The notes under the pieces: generated by a model | The model's database searches: none | What the model saw: the letters and a program-made list of their open reading frames with translations, nothing else | Told to the model about the DNA's origin: nothing | In this document: positions 29,465 through 40,807 of the stretch, one piece after another | Numbering within the stretch: the stretch's first letter is position 1 | Layout of the letters: each line of letters begins with the position of its first letter | Assembly (NCBI GenBank): GCA_004298385.1 | Contig: SCTX01000106.1 | Coordinates: 12-64,011 of the forward strand | Reading direction: 5' to 3' | DNA: 64,000 nucleotides | DNA from: Betaproteobacteria bacterium | GTDB taxonomy: Bacteria; Pseudomonadota; Gammaproteobacteria; Burkholderiales; SG8-39 | Made by a program: the position numbers and the translations under genes

Positions 29465-31360
29465 TCAGCGTTGAAGGAACAGCGACGGGTACATCAGTTT
29501 GAGGCGGGCGCGATTCGCGATCTGCTTCACCGACAGTCTGCCGCCGCGTATCTCGAGCAGCGCTTTCACCTCCGGCTTGTTGTCGTAGGCCGCGGCGTAC
29601 GGCGACCCCCCCTCCTTGTCCTCGCGATTCGGGTCGGCGCCCGCGTCGAGCAGGAGCTTCGCCGTCTCGACATTGTTGTTCGACGCCGCCCAGGCGAGCG
29701 GTGTGCTGCCGATGTTATCGGCCGCCTCGACCTTGGCGCCGGCCGCAAGCAGCAGGCGCACGCATTTGGGGCTGCCGCTCGCGGCCGGGTGCAAGGGCGT
29801 CTGGCCCGCGGACGAGGCGGCATTGACATTCGCGCCGCGCGCGAGCAGCAGCGCCGCGAGTTCCACACGCTCGGGCTTGCCGTAGCCGCTGTCGCAGGCG
29901 GCGTGCAGCGGCGTCTTGCCGTCCATGCCGCGGATATTCACGTCGGCACGGGCGTCGAGCAGCAACATGGCCGCGTCGGGATTGGAATATGCAGCCATCA
30001 GCAGCGGCGGCTGAACGCTTTGCGCAACGGGACCGTTCGGGTTGGCGCCGTGGGCAAGCAGGTTGGGGACGATGCGCCGGTAGTGCTCACTCTCGATCCA
30101 GCGCGTCAGCGATTCCGCCGACGGTTCGCGCAGGCTGCGGTTCTCGGCTTCGACCCGGGTGAACAGGCCGGAACTTGCCGCCACGCGCTCGTAGGGAAGG
30201 CGCTCGAGGACGCGACTCTTGAGGCGCGCGAGGTCGACCTGCGCCGGCGGCAGTACCGGCCCCAGCAGCGGCGTAAGCCGGGTCAGGAAGTCGTTGCGGT
30301 CTTCGGGATTCTCGATCGCGGCGGCGCGTTCGATATCGGTCGCGAGCTGCTGCGTCGCCTCCAGCGAATCGCTGGACACGAGCGCATGGTGCAGCGCCAG
30401 GATGTTCCACCAGGTATCCCTGTCGGTCTGCGTACCTTGATCATTCGGAGCCATCTCTTTCAGCACGGCTATCGCGCCAGCGGCATCGGGACTGTAGTGC
30501 CGGGATCTGAAAAACTGCAGGAATGCCGCAGGCGGGCGTGCCGTCTGGAACACGATCCCGTCAGGCCGCCCGCCGGCGCGGCTCCAATCGGCCGCGGGAA
30601 ACAGCGACAGGTCGCGAAATAGCGGTCCGAGTCTGGCCTCGACGCCGGGTACCAGCGTGCGCGCGACCGCCTCGGCGCTCGCCCATTCGCGGTTGGGCCT
30701 GCCCCCGGCGCCAAACGGGCGTCCGTCCAGATCGGTGGCCGAATCGTCTTCGCCTGCGGAAGCACAGGTGTAATTCCAGGTGATCAGGCCGGCGCCGGGC
30801 AGGAATCCGATGCGCGGCTGCCGTCCCGCCGGAAGCGCTATCGCGCCCTGCGCCGGCGCTGCCTGGATCGCGGCGTGTCCGCGGCCGCCGCGCGCCTGAA
30901 TCGGCGCGCGGTACTCCGCGATTTGCGCGCGGCATTTTTGTCGCCGTTCCCTGCGCCAGCGCGCCAGCGTCTCGGCGTCGCGGTACAGCGCTTCGAACAG
31001 CTCCGGATTGCGGTACTGGTACAGCCCCGGAATCAATACCTCGGCAAGCTCGCGATTGCCGAAATGCTTGAGTACGCGCTCCTCGAATCCGGGTGTGCTG
31101 TTCCTGAGGACCGAGCCTTCGGCGAAATTGCGAATCAGGGAAAGCTGGCTGCGCCCGATCAGATAGTCCAGCGCCGCCATGTCCTGTTCGTTGCCGAGGC
31201 GACGGCCAAGGCTGCCCGCCCGCTCCCGCACCGCATTCGAGGCGCCCGGCGTGGCTGCTTCCTCGAACAGCGCGCGGTCGGCATCCGAAAACGCGGCCGC
31301 CGCGCATGGCGCGAACAGCGCGGCTGCAATTAGCACCCAGTTGTGGCAAAGCGTTCTCAT
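29465..31360 (-). CDS. Secreted ankyrin-repeat protein
   Basis: Signal peptide; about five C-terminal ankyrin repeats (GKTPLHAAC, GQTPLHPAA, GSTPLAWAA). Confidence 0.8.
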   Translation of the reverse strand: MRTLCHNWVLIAAALFAPCAAAAFSDADRALFEEAATPGASNAVRERAGSLGRRLGNEQDMAALDYLIGRSQLSLIRNFAEGSVLRNSTPGFEERVLKHFGNRELAEVLIPGLYQYRNPELFEALYRDAETLARWRRERRQKCRAQIAEYRAPIQARGGRGHAAIQAAPAQGAIALPAGRQPRIGFLPGAGLITWNYTCASAGEDDSATDLDGRPFGAGGRPNREWASAEAVARTLVPGVEARLGPLFRDLSLFPAADWSRAGGRPDGIVFQTARPPAAFLQFFRSRHYSPDAAGAIAVLKEMAPNDQGTQTDRDTWWNILALHHALVSSDSLEATQQLATDIERAAAIENPEDRNDFLTRLTPLLGPVLPPAQVDLARLKSRVLERLPYERVAASSGLFTRVEAENRSLREPSAESLTRWIESEHYRRIVPNLLAHGANPNGPVAQSVQPPLLMAAYSNPDAAMLLLDARADVNIRGMDGKTPLHAACDSGYGKPERVELAALLLARGANVNAASSAGQTPLHPAASGSPKCVRLLLAAGAKVEAADNIGSTPLAWAASNNNVETAKLLLDAGADPNREDKEGGSPYAAAYDNKPEVKALLEIRGGRLSVKQIANRARLKLMYPSLFLQR

Positions 31361-31611
31361 TTCCGTGAATAGCGACTTTGATCAAATGTCCCGCGCCAGC
31401 GGGCGCTGCCCGGGTACACTACCAGCGTCAGGAGATCCGATGCAAGCGGCACTGCGCCGACCGCGGGTCAATGCACCCGCCCACGATCGCAGGAAACATC
31501 CGGTTCGAACGTGAAAAATTCACGCTGCGCACGTTTTATTATGTGCGTTACCGCACGGAAGCGCCCGGGCTATTCGCGGAATCTTGCAGCCATAATCACG
31601 GTCATATTCAC

Positions 31612-32964
31612 ATGGACATCAACGTATTGCTGGTAGCCGCCGATCCCGGCGACGTCCGCGCAGTCGAAGCGGCGCTGTCGCGCGGGGGCGACGTGTCGTT
31701 TCGCCTGCGCTGCGTGAGCCAGTTGCCGCAGGACCTCGAATCGCTCGGCGACGGCGGAACGACCGTGGTCCTGCTCGATCTCCATCTGCCCGACGTCAAG
31801 GGCATCGGAGCGCTGGACCGGTTGCTCGCGGCCGCACCGCAGGTCCCGGTGCTGGTCTTCTGCGGCGCGGGCGATGAAGACCTGGCGCGGCAGGCCGTGC
31901 GGCGCGGCGCACAGGACTATCTCCTGAAGACGCACCTCGACAGCTACTCGTTGCCGCGCGCGCTGCGCAACGTGATCGACCGCAGCGCCGCCGAAGAGGC
32001 ATTGTTCCTGGAACGCGAACGCGCCCAGGTTACGCTCGACTCGATCGGCGACGCGGTCGTGACCACCGACATCGCAGGCAAAGTGACTTATCTCAATTCG
32101 GTTGCGGAGAAAATGTCCGGGTGGTTGCGCAAGGACGCCCGCGGCCGGCCTTTTGGCGAGGTGATCCGCATCGTGGACGCGACCACCGGCGCATCCCCCA
32201 CCCGCAATCCGATGGCGCGCGCCATCGAGCAGGACCAGTCCGTGGGCCTGGCGGCAAACAGCGTGCTCGTGCGGCGCGACGGGGTCGAATACGCGATCGA
32301 GGACTCGGCCGCGCCCATCCACGGGCGCAACGGGCGCGTGATCGGTGCGGTGATCGTGTTCCACGACGCCAGCGAATCGCACGCGGTCAAGGCGAGAATG
32401 TCGCATCTGGCGCAATACGACTTTCTCACCGATTTGCCGAATCCCGTTCTGCTCAACGACCGCATGACCCAGGCGATCGCGCTGGCGCGCCGCCACAAAA
32501 AGCAATTGGCGGTGCTGTTCATCGATCTGGACGATTTCAAGCGCATCAACGATACCCTCGGACACGCCGCCGGCGACAAAGTGCTGCAATCGGTGGCGCT
32601 ACGCCTGAAGGCTTGCGTACGCGACTCGGATACGGTCAGCCGCAGGGGTGGCGATGAGTTCGTGATACTGCTCTCCGAGATTAGCCGGGGCGAAGACGCG
32701 GCCCACGGCGCGGACAAGCTCATCGCCGCGGTAGGTGCGGCGCACGCGGCTGCCGGGCAGGAGCTGCTGGTCACCGCAAGCATCGGCATCAGCATCTATC
32801 CGCTGGACGGCGCCGATGCGGAAAGCCTGGTCAAGTGCGCGGACGCGGCGATGTACCAGGCGAAGACAGGCGGCGGCAATCAATACCGATTTTTCGGGCA
32901 GGGCACAAACCCGGGTGCCGCGGGGCAGCGCCCGCCCCCGAATCAGAACCGTCCTGCCGGCTAA
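31612..32964 (+). CDS. REC-PAS-GGDEF diguanylate cyclase
   Basis: VLLDLHLPD, GAQDYLLK, PAS (TLDSIGDAV), DFLTDLPN, RRGGDEF. Confidence 0.92.
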   Translation: MDINVLLVAADPGDVRAVEAALSRGGDVSFRLRCVSQLPQDLESLGDGGTTVVLLDLHLPDVKGIGALDRLLAAAPQVPVLVFCGAGDEDLARQAVRRGAQDYLLKTHLDSYSLPRALRNVIDRSAAEEALFLERERAQVTLDSIGDAVVTTDIAGKVTYLNSVAEKMSGWLRKDARGRPFGEVIRIVDATTGASPTRNPMARAIEQDQSVGLAANSVLVRRDGVEYAIEDSAAPIHGRNGRVIGAVIVFHDASESHAVKARMSHLAQYDFLTDLPNPVLLNDRMTQAIALARRHKKQLAVLFIDLDDFKRINDTLGHAAGDKVLQSVALRLKACVRDSDTVSRRGGDEFVILLSEISRGEDAAHGADKLIAAVGAAHAAAGQELLVTASIGISIYPLDGADAESLVKCADAAMYQAKTGGGNQYRFFGQGTNPGAAGQRPPPNQNRPAG

Positions 32965-33108
32965 GACCCGCGCATCCGCGGCTCGGCGAGGCGGGATCCA
33001 GGGCGACCAGTCCTGCGAATCCACGCACTCCGCACGGTTTGCCAATAGCGTCGCGCCACACGCCGGAGTAAGATGATCGGCGCGTGCTCGTTCAACTGAG
33101 CCACCCCC

Positions 33109-34455
33109 ATGGACAACCCCGATCTCCTCCTGCTCGCCCGCGCCCAGTTCGGGCTGAACATCGGTTTCCACATTCTTTTTCCCAGCCTCACCATCGCGTT
33201 GGCGTGGATCCTGGTGTACTTTCGCATCCGCTTCGCGCAAAGCGGCGACGCGGCCTGGCTCGCGACCTACAAGCTGTGGGTGAAAATATTCGCCCTCAGT
33301 TTCGCCATGGGCGTGGTCTCCGGCATCACCATGTCGTTCCAGTTCGGCACCAACTGGCCCGGTTTCATGAAGCACGTCGGCAACATCGCCGGGCCGCTGC
33401 TCGCCTTCGAGGTGCTGACCGCGTTCTTTCTCGAAGCCACCTTCCTCGGCGTGATGCTGTTCGGCATGAACCGCGTGCCCCCCTGGGTCCACATCGCGGC
33501 AACCGTTCTGGTCGCGGTCGGCACCTTGGTCTCGTCATTCTGGATCCTCGCGCTCAGTTCCTGGATGCATACGCCCGCGGGGCAGGTGATGGACGGCGGC
33601 GCGCTGATCGCGGGTGACTGGCTGCAGGTGATATTCAATCCGTCCTTCCCCTACCGCTTCGTGCATATGCTGCTCGCCTCGGGGCTGACCGCCTCCTTCG
33701 TCCTCGCCGGGCTGTCTGCCTGGCGGCTGCTGCGCGCGCCCGCGGATGCATCGGCATTGCACACACTGCGCACCGGTGTGGCGATCGCCGCCGTGCTGGC
33801 GCCGCTGCAGATTTTCGTGGGCGACCTGCACGGACTGAATACGCTGGAGCATCAGCCGGCGAAAATCGCCGCGATGGAGGCGCTGTGGAAGACCGGACGC
33901 GGCGCGCCGCTGGTGCTGTTCGCGGTGCCGAACGCGGAAACGCGGCGCAACGATTTCGCCATCGAAGTGCCCAAACTGGCGAGCCTGATACTGACGCACG
34001 ACCTGGATGGTGAAGTGAAAGGCATAGACGCGTTTGCGCCCTCCGCACCGGGTGCGGACCAGTTGGCGCCGCCCGTGGCACCCGTGTTCTTCGCCTTTCG
34101 ACTGATGCTTGCGGTGGGAGTATCCATGCTCGCGCTTGCGTGGATTGGGACGTGGGTATTGCGCAAGGGCGCAACGCCGCCCGCGTGGTTGCTGTGGAGC
34201 TTCGCCGGTTTCACCTTTTCCGGCTGGGCGGCGACGCTGGCCGGATGGCTGGTCACCGAAATCGGGCGCCAACCCTGGCTGGTCACCGGCGTCCTGAGAA
34301 CTTCGCAGGCGGTTGGCCGCGTTCCCGAGGCGCAGCTCGGCGCGAGCCTTACCGGCTACGTACTGGTATATGCTCTGATGCTCGGCGCTTACATCGTGGT
34401 GATCACGCACCTTGCGGGCAAAGGGACCACGGCTGCGCGGGCCGAATCAACATGA
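33109..34455 (+). CDS. cydA: Cytochrome bd-type ubiquinol oxidase subunit I (short Q-loop, CioA-like)
   Basis: FHILFP, GVVSG, EATFLG, QPAKIAAME, EIGRQPW. Confidence 0.93.
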   Translation: MDNPDLLLLARAQFGLNIGFHILFPSLTIALAWILVYFRIRFAQSGDAAWLATYKLWVKIFALSFAMGVVSGITMSFQFGTNWPGFMKHVGNIAGPLLAFEVLTAFFLEATFLGVMLFGMNRVPPWVHIAATVLVAVGTLVSSFWILALSSWMHTPAGQVMDGGALIAGDWLQVIFNPSFPYRFVHMLLASGLTASFVLAGLSAWRLLRAPADASALHTLRTGVAIAAVLAPLQIFVGDLHGLNTLEHQPAKIAAMEALWKTGRGAPLVLFAVPNAETRRNDFAIEVPKLASLILTHDLDGEVKGIDAFAPSAPGADQLAPPVAPVFFAFRLMLAVGVSMLALAWIGTWVLRKGATPPAWLLWSFAGFTFSGWAATLAGWLVTEIGRQPWLVTGVLRTSQAVGRVPEAQLGASLTGYVLVYALMLGAYIVVITHLAGKGTTAARAEST

Positions 34456-35447
34456 ACCTCGACCTGCCACTCGTATTTGCCGCGCTGATGGGGGTGGCCG
34501 TGCTCGCCTATGTCGTGCTCGATGGCTATGACCTCGGCGTGGGCATGCTGATGCCCGCAGCCGAAGCGCGCGAGCAGGAGCTCATGGTGGCCTCGATCGG
34601 GCCGTTCTGGGACGCGAACGAAACCTGGCTGGTGCTCGGCGTGGGCATCCTGCTGGTGGCGTTCCCGGTGGCGCACGGCGTGGTGCTGGGCGCACTCTAC
34701 CTGCCGGTGGCGGCGATGCTGATCGGGCTGATGCTGCGCGGCGTCGCGTTCGAGTTCCGCGTCAAGGCCGAGGGCTGGCACCGTGAATTGTGGAACTGGC
34801 TGTTCTGGCTCGGCTCCTTCGTCGCCTCGTTCGCGCAGGGACTGATGCTCGGGCGCTACATCACCGGCTTCGACTCGGGCTTCGGCTTTCTGCTGTTCGG
34901 GCTGGTGGTCGGCGCCGGGCTGTGCGGCGGCTACGTGCTGCTCGGCGCAACCTGGCTCATCTACAAAACCGAGGGCACACTGCAGAAGAAGGCCCTGGCC
35001 TGGGCGCGCTGGGGCCTGCTGTGGGTCGCGCTGGGCGTGGCCGCGGTCAGCGTCGCCACGCCGTTCGTGAGCCAGACGGTGGAGATGAAATGGTTCGATT
35101 TTCCGCGGACGCTCGGACTGATGCTGGTGCCGCTCGCGACGCTCCTCGCATGGATCTGGGTGTGGCGCTCGACCGGGCGCTTGTCGCGGGGCGCCGCGGG
35201 CGCCCCGGAATGGGCGCCGTTCGCCGGCGCCGTGGCCATATTCGTGCTCGCCTTCATCGGCCTCGCCTACAGCCTGTTTCCCTATGTGGTGATCGACCGG
35301 CTGACGTTCTGGGATGCCGCGGCGCATCCGTCGTCGCTCAGGGTGGTGCTCATAGGCGCGCTCATCGTGCTGCCCTTCATCCTCGCCTACACCGCGTTCT
35401 CCTACTACGTGTTCCGCGGCAAGGCGCGACCCGGCCTGTACGATTAG
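34452..35447 (+). CDS. cydB: Cytochrome bd-type oxidase subunit II
   Basis: LDGYDLGVG, GPFWDANETWL; overlaps the cydA stop. Confidence 0.93.
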   Translation: MNLDLPLVFAALMGVAVLAYVVLDGYDLGVGMLMPAAEAREQELMVASIGPFWDANETWLVLGVGILLVAFPVAHGVVLGALYLPVAAMLIGLMLRGVAFEFRVKAEGWHRELWNWLFWLGSFVASFAQGLMLGRYITGFDSGFGFLLFGLVVGAGLCGGYVLLGATWLIYKTEGTLQKKALAWARWGLLWVALGVAAVSVATPFVSQTVEMKWFDFPRTLGLMLVPLATLLAWIWVWRSTGRLSRGAAGAPEWAPFAGAVAIFVLAFIGLAYSLFPYVVIDRLTFWDAAAHPSSLRVVLIGALIVLPFILAYTAFSYYVFRGKARPGLYD

Positions 35448-35655
35448 ACCGGCGGCTTGGGGCAGCGGCGCGGCCGCCGCCGCAGGAGAAAATGCGGCAG
35501 CGTGCGCTATCACACAGATGGCGCCGCGCCGAACGCGTAGATTCCCCATCGCGGCATTGCGCCTGCCGACCGGCGAGAACCGCGTCATCGCAAAGCGCAA
35601 ATGTCCGGCCCGTACCGGGCCGATTCGTCCGCTCAATCTTTCCAGGAGATCTCAC

Positions 35656-36405
35656 ATGCTAGAGAATCGCGAAGGCCAGCGCGTCCCGAACGTCACATTC
35701 CATCTGCGCGCGAACGACGCCTGGCAGCTCGTCACCACCGAGGATCTGTTCCACGGCAAAACTGTGATAGTGTTTTCGCTGCCCGGGGCGTTTACCCCGA
35801 CCTGCTCGGCCACGCACCTGCCGCGCTTCAGCCAGCTCGCCTCGGCGTTCAAGGCCAACGGGGTCGACGACATCATTTGCATTTCCGTGAACGACGCATT
35901 CGTCATGAATGAGTGGAAGAAGAATCAGGCGGCGGACGACATCACGCTGATTGCCGACGGGAACGCGGAATTCACCGAAGGCATGGGCATGCTGGTGGAC
36001 AAGCGCGACATCGGCCTGGGCAAGCGCTCCTGGCGCTACTCGATGCTGGTGAAGGATGGCCTTATAGAAAAGATGTTCATCGAACCGCAGAAGCCCGGGG
36101 ATCCGTTCGAAGTGTCCGATGCGGACACCATGTTCGCGTACCTCGCGCCCGAGGCAAGGAAACCGGCGAAAATCGCCCTGCTGACCAAGCCGGGCTGCCC
36201 GTTCTGCAAGCGTGCCAAGGACCTGCTGCACGAACACGGTCTCGCCTACAGCGAAGTGCCGCTGGAGGATCGCGTGCGGCTGGCCGTGGTAAGCGCCATC
36301 ACCGGCGCGACGAGCACGCCGCAGATGTTCGTCGACGGCAAGCTGATCGGCGGCTCCGAGGCGATCGCGCAGTGGCTCGGTCAGACCGAACTCAAAGCGG
36401 CCTGA
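35656..36405 (+). CDS. Hybrid peroxiredoxin-glutaredoxin (Prx5-Grx)
   Basis: [25 protein letters not shown] and Grx CPFC; AGGAG RBS. Confidence 0.92.
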   Translation: MLENREGQRVPNVTFHLRANDAWQLVTTEDLFHGKTVIVFSLPGAFTPTCSATHLPRFSQLASAFKANGVDDIICISVNDAFVMNEWKKNQAADDITLIADGNAEFTEGMGMLVDKRDIGLGKRSWRYSMLVKDGLIEKMFIEPQKPGDPFEVSDADTMFAYLAPEARKPAKIALLTKPGCPFCKRAKDLLHEHGLAYSEVPLEDRVRLAVVSAITGATSTPQMFVDGKLIGGSEAIAQWLGQTELKAA

Positions 36406-36436
36406 GGCGGGCAAATCAAGAAAGGGGGGACAATCG

Positions 36437-37885
36437 ATGATTCCGGCTCAAATCGAAACCGACATCGCCATCATCGGCGCCGGCACCGCCGGCATGGGTG
36501 CCTATCGCGCCGCCCGCGCGCATACCGAATCGGTCCTGCTGATCGAAGGCGGCGCCTACGGCACGACCTGCGCCCGGGTCGGCTGCATGCCCAGCAAACT
36601 GCTGATCGCCGCGGCGGAAGCCGCGCATCACGCCCGCCATGCCGACCCCTTCGGGGTGCATGTGCAAGGCGTGACGGTGGACGGGGCCGCGGTGATGGCT
36701 AGGGTGCAGCGCGAGCGGAATCGGTTTGTCGGCTTCGTGCTCGAGACCATCGAATCCTATCCGCAGGCGAGCCGCCTGCAGGCGCAGGTGCGCTTTCAGG
36801 ACGCCGGTACCCTGGTCACCGAGCAAGGCCAGTTGATCCGCGCCCGGCGCATCGTGATTGCCAGCGGCAGCGCGCCGGTGCTGCCGCCCCTGCTCAAAGG
36901 CCTGGGCGCGCGCCTGCTGACCAGCGATTCGGTGTTCGAATTACCCACCTTGCCCAAGCGCCTCGTGGTATTCGGCCCGGGTCCGCTCGGCCTGGAACTG
37001 GCGCAGGCGATGAGCCGGCTGGGGGTCGTGATCAGGGTGTTCGGCGTCGGCGGCGGCATCGCCGGCATTCGCGACGAAGCCATGCGCGCATACGCCGACA
37101 GGGTCTTCAATGAAGAGTTCTATCTGGACGCATCGGCCAAGGTGGAGTCGGTCAGGGAAACGGCGGCGGGAGTCGAGGTGCGCTATCTGCACCGGGACGG
37201 CAGCTGGCGGACCGAGCAATTCGACTATGTGCTGGCGGCGACCGGGCGCGCGCCCAATGTCGCAGGTTTGGCGCTGGAAAAAACCGGCCTGCCGCTGGAC
37301 AAACGCGGCGTGCCGCTGTTCGACCGCGCCACCCTGCAGTGCGGCGGCAGCCCGATATTCATCGCCGGCGACGCCAGCAACGACATACCGCTGCTGCACG
37401 AAGCGGCCGACCAGGGCCGCATCGCCGGCGACAACGCCGGGCGTTACCCCAAGGTGCAGGCCGGCCTGCGCCGCACGCCGCTGGCAGTCGTGTTCACCGA
37501 ACCGCAGGTCGCGTCCGCCGGATTGAACCTGGAACAGATCCGCCGGCGATCGCAGGACAGTTACGCCGTGGGCGAAGTGTCATTCGAAGACCAGGGCCGC
37601 AGCCGCGTGATGCTGCGCAACAAAGGTTTGCTGAAGGTCTATGCCGAAATGGGCAGCGGGCTGTTCCTCGGCGCGGAAATGTTCGGACCCGACGCCGAGC
37701 ACATCGGGCATCTGCTCGCCTGGGCGGCACAAAAAAGCATGACGGTTTCCGAAATGCTGGACATGCCCTTTTATCATCCGGTCGTCGAGGAAGGGCTGCG
37801 CACCGCCTTGCGCGACCTCAACCACAAGCTCCACATCGGCCCGAAACCGGTCGAGCACTGCATGGATTGCGGACCGGGAGCGTAG
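36437..37885 (+). CDS. Dihydrolipoyl dehydrogenase-like pyridine nucleotide-disulfide oxidoreductase
   Basis: [25 protein letters not shown]; commonly paired with Prx-Grx. Confidence 0.88.
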   Translation: MIPAQIETDIAIIGAGTAGMGAYRAARAHTESVLLIEGGAYGTTCARVGCMPSKLLIAAAEAAHHARHADPFGVHVQGVTVDGAAVMARVQRERNRFVGFVLETIESYPQASRLQAQVRFQDAGTLVTEQGQLIRARRIVIASGSAPVLPPLLKGLGARLLTSDSVFELPTLPKRLVVFGPGPLGLELAQAMSRLGVVIRVFGVGGGIAGIRDEAMRAYADRVFNEEFYLDASAKVESVRETAAGVEVRYLHRDGSWRTEQFDYVLAATGRAPNVAGLALEKTGLPLDKRGVPLFDRATLQCGGSPIFIAGDASNDIPLLHEAADQGRIAGDNAGRYPKVQAGLRRTPLAVVFTEPQVASAGLNLEQIRRRSQDSYAVGEVSFEDQGRSRVMLRNKGLLKVYAEMGSGLFLGAEMFGPDAEHIGHLLAWAAQKSMTVSEMLDMPFYHPVVEEGLRTALRDLNHKLHIGPKPVEHCMDCGPGA

Positions 37886-38026
37886 CTGCGGTCGCCTTCG
37901 ACCGCACGATGGATTTCGACCAGTCTGGAGCGTAGGCGCGCGGAGGGCGGCGCAGGGCCCCCAGCGAACGCCGGGGATGTGACCCTCGGAGCGGGTCCGA
38001 GGCGCCGAAAGCGACTACTACTACTG

Positions 38027-38350
38027 CTACCTCTGCAAAAGCTTCTTCTTGTCTTTCACTTTCGACCATTCTTCGGCGTCCGCCGGCGCGTCCTTGCGCT
38101 CGATGATGGGTTTCCACACCTTGGACAGCTCGGCGTTGATCGCGGTGAATTCCTGTTGGTCGTCCGGCACGTCGTCCTCGGCAAAAATCGCCTCGACCGG
38201 GCATTCGGCCACGCACAGGGTGCAGTCGATGCATTCATCCGGATCGATGACCAGCATGTTCGGCCCCTCGCGGAAGCAATCCACGGGGCACACGTCGACG
38301 CAGTCGGTGTATTTGCACTTGATGCAGGATTCGGTTACGACATAGGTCAT
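38027..38350 (-). CDS. fdxA: 7Fe ferredoxin (FdxA type)
   Basis: [38 protein letters not shown]; 107 aa. Confidence 0.95.
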   Translation of the reverse strand: MTYVVTESCIKCKYTDCVDVCPVDCFREGPNMLVIDPDECIDCTLCVAECPVEAIFAEDDVPDDQQEFTAINAELSKVWKPIIERKDAPADAEEWSKVKDKKKLLQR

Positions 38351-38585
38351 GGGAAATGTCCAAAAAAGACGGCCGCTGAACTCTTGCGGGTTAATAATTA
38401 ATTTTACCATAGCCCTTTCGCGATCTGAAGCTTGAAAACCCGGCGGCTTGCCCCCACACAATCGGAAACGGGTGTCCCTGCGGCAAGTCGGAAATAGGGC
38501 TAGAATCCAACTTCACCCCTCCCCGGCCCTCACGGCCGCGGATCGCGAACAAACCCAGAACACGAAACTGATACAAGAGGACTGC

Positions 38586-38912
38586 ATGAGCGAGCATATA
38601 CATCACGTTACCGATGATACATTCGAAGCCGAGGTGCTGCAGGCGCAAAGCCCGGTGCTGGTCGATTACTGGGCCGAATGGTGCGGCCCGTGCAAGGCAA
38701 TTGCGCCGACGCTGGAGGAAATTGCCAAGGAATATTCCGGCAAGCTCAAGGTCGCCAAAGTCAACGTTGACGAGAACCAGGAGATTCCGCGCAAGTACGG
38801 CATCCGCGGCATCCCCACGCTGATGCTGTTCAAGAAAGGCAACATCGAGGCCACCAAGGTCGGCGCGCTGTCGAAATCGCAGCTCACGGCATTCCTTGAC
38901 AGCAACATCTAG
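38586..38912 (+). CDS. trxA: Thioredoxin
   Basis: WCGPC; upstream of rho. Confidence 0.97.
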   Translation: MSEHIHHVTDDTFEAEVLQAQSPVLVDYWAEWCGPCKAIAPTLEEIAKEYSGKLKVAKVNVDENQEIPRKYGIRGIPTLMLFKKGNIEATKVGALSKSQLTAFLDSNI

Positions 38913-38925
38913 ACCCTCTATCCTT

Positions 38926-39138
38926 CTCCCCTAAGCGTCGCTGGCGGACTTTCTCAGAGGCCGTTTCAGAATTGTCGAAGCGGCCTCTGACGTAGGGGAG
39001 CATGAGGGGGAATATCCCCTCATATCGTAATAACCCCAGCCGGTTCCGGACGCCGGATCCTCCCTGTTGCAACTCCCAAGGCCTCTTTTGCCTTACCGTT
39101 CCACATGATTTTTTTCGTTCTCCACGAGCGTTATCCGC
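38926..39138 (+). promoter_or_regulatory. Structured rho leader with pyrimidine-rich segment
   Basis: Nested stems CTCCCCTA/TAGGGGAG (38926-39000) and TCAGAGGCCGTTTC/GAAGCGGCCTCTGA (38954-38990), ATGAGGGG..CCCCTCAT, then a C/T-rich tract before the ATG. Confidence 0.45.
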
Positions 39139-40398
39139 ATGCAATTATCCGAGCTTAAAACCCTGCACGTCACCGAGTTGGTCGAAATGGCGGTGGAACA
39201 TGAAATCGAAGGCGCCAACCGCCTGCGCAAACAGGAACTCATTTTCGCGCTGCTGAAAAACCGGGCGAAAAAAGGCGAATCGATTTTCGGCGACGGCACC
39301 CTGGAAGTGCTGCCCGACGGCTTCGGCTTCCTGCGCTCGCCCGACACCTCCTACCTCGCCTCTACCGACGACATCTACGTCTCCCCCTCCCAGATTCGCC
39401 GCTTCAACCTGCATACCGGCGATACCATCGAAGGCGAGATCCGCACGCCCAAGGACGGCGAGCGCTATTTCGCGCTGGTCAAGGTGGACAAGGTCAACGG
39501 CGATCTGCCGGAGAATTCCAAGACCAAGATCCTGTTCGAGAACCTGACGCCGCTGCACCCGGACGAGGTGTTCAAGCTCGAGCGCGACATCAAGGCCGAG
39601 GAAAACATGACCGGCCGCATCATCGACATCATCGCGCCCATAGGCAAGGGCCAGCGCGGACTGATCGTGTCCCCGCCCAAAGCGGGCAAGACAGTGCTGA
39701 TGCAGCACATGGCGCATGCGATCATCGCCAATCATCCGGAAGTGGTGCTGATCGTGCTCCTGATCGACGAGCGTCCCGAGGAAGTGACCGAGATGACGCG
39801 CACCGTGCGTGGCGAGGTGGTTGCCTCCACCTTCGACGAGCCGGCCACGCGCCACGTGCAGGTCGCTGAAATGGTAATCGAGAAGGCGAAGCGCCTGGTC
39901 GAGCACAAGAAGGACGTGGTGATCCTGCTCGATTCGATCACCCGCCTCGCGCGCGCCTACAACACGGTGGTGCCGGCCTCGGGCAAGGTGCTCACCGGCG
40001 GCGTCGATGCCAACGCGCTGCAGCGCCCGAAGCGCTTCTTCGGCGCCGCGCGCAACGTCGAGGAAGGCGGCTCGCTCACCATCCTCGCCACCGCGCTGAT
40101 CGACACCGGCAGCCGCATGGACGACGTGATCTTCGAGGAGTTCAAGGGCACCGGCAACATGGAATTGCACCTTGACCGGCGCATGTACGAAAAGCGCATC
40201 TTCCCGGCGATCAACGTCAACCGTTCCGGCACGCGCCGCGAGGAACTGCTGATAGCGAAGGAAGTGCTGTCCAAGGTATGGGTGCTGCGAAAACTCCTCT
40301 ATCCGATGGACGACCTCGAAGCGGCGGAGTTCCTGGTCGATAAAATCCGGGCGACCAAGAACAACGCGGATTTTTTTGATTCAATGCGTCGCGGCTAA
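39139..40398 (+). CDS. rho: Transcription termination factor Rho
   Basis: [44 protein letters not shown]. Confidence 0.98.
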   Translation: MQLSELKTLHVTELVEMAVEHEIEGANRLRKQELIFALLKNRAKKGESIFGDGTLEVLPDGFGFLRSPDTSYLASTDDIYVSPSQIRRFNLHTGDTIEGEIRTPKDGERYFALVKVDKVNGDLPENSKTKILFENLTPLHPDEVFKLERDIKAEENMTGRIIDIIAPIGKGQRGLIVSPPKAGKTVLMQHMAHAIIANHPEVVLIVLLIDERPEEVTEMTRTVRGEVVASTFDEPATRHVQVAEMVIEKAKRLVEHKKDVVILLDSITRLARAYNTVVPASGKVLTGGVDANALQRPKRFFGAARNVEEGGSLTILATALIDTGSRMDDVIFEEFKGTGNMELHLDRRMYEKRIFPAINVNRSGTRREELLIAKEVLSKVWVLRKLLYPMDDLEAAEFLVDKIRATKNNADFFDSMRRG

Positions 40399-40481
40399 GT
40401 TTGCTTGCTTAGCGCATTGATTTCCGGGATAATTGTTGTTTTTTACGGCTCCTATTTCCGGACCGCGCCAAAGGAAACGCC

Positions 40482-40709
40482 ATGAAAACAGACATCCATC
40501 CCGACTATCACGAAATCCAGGTCACCTGCAGTTGCGGCAACACCTGGAAGACCCGCTCGACCATGAGCAAGGCCCTGCACGTCGAGGTATGCTCCAACTG
40601 CCACCCGTTCTACACCGGCAAGCAGAAAATCGTCGACACCGCCGGCCGCGTGGAGAAGTTCCGCCAGAAATACGCGAAGAAACCCGCGGCAGCCGAAAAG
40701 ACCGCCTGA
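40482..40709 (+). CDS. rpmE: 50S ribosomal protein L31 (Zn-binding type A)
   Basis: [23 protein letters not shown]. Confidence 0.97.
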   Translation: MKTDIHPDYHEIQVTCSCGNTWKTRSTMSKALHVEVCSNCHPFYTGKQKIVDTAGRVEKFRQKYAKKPAAAEKTA

Positions 40710-40726
40710 GCTTCGCTGCACCCACG

Positions 40727-40788
40727 AAAAGGCAGCTTCGGCTGCCTTTTGCGTTTTCAGGCAGCCGCGGCTGCCTCTTTTGTTTTCC
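40727..40788 (+). terminator. Tandem intrinsic terminators after rpmE
   Basis: AAAAGGCAGC-TTCG-GCTGCCTTTT (40727-40750), then AGGCAGC-CGCG-GCTGCCT followed by CTTTTGTTTT. Confidence 0.8.
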
Positions 40789-40807
40789 AGCCGAGTAAAA
40801 TAGAAGC

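Noticed and set aside
35497-35552. OxyR box upstream of Prx-Grx
   Set aside because: Only a partial CTAT-N7-ATGG match; too degenerate to call.
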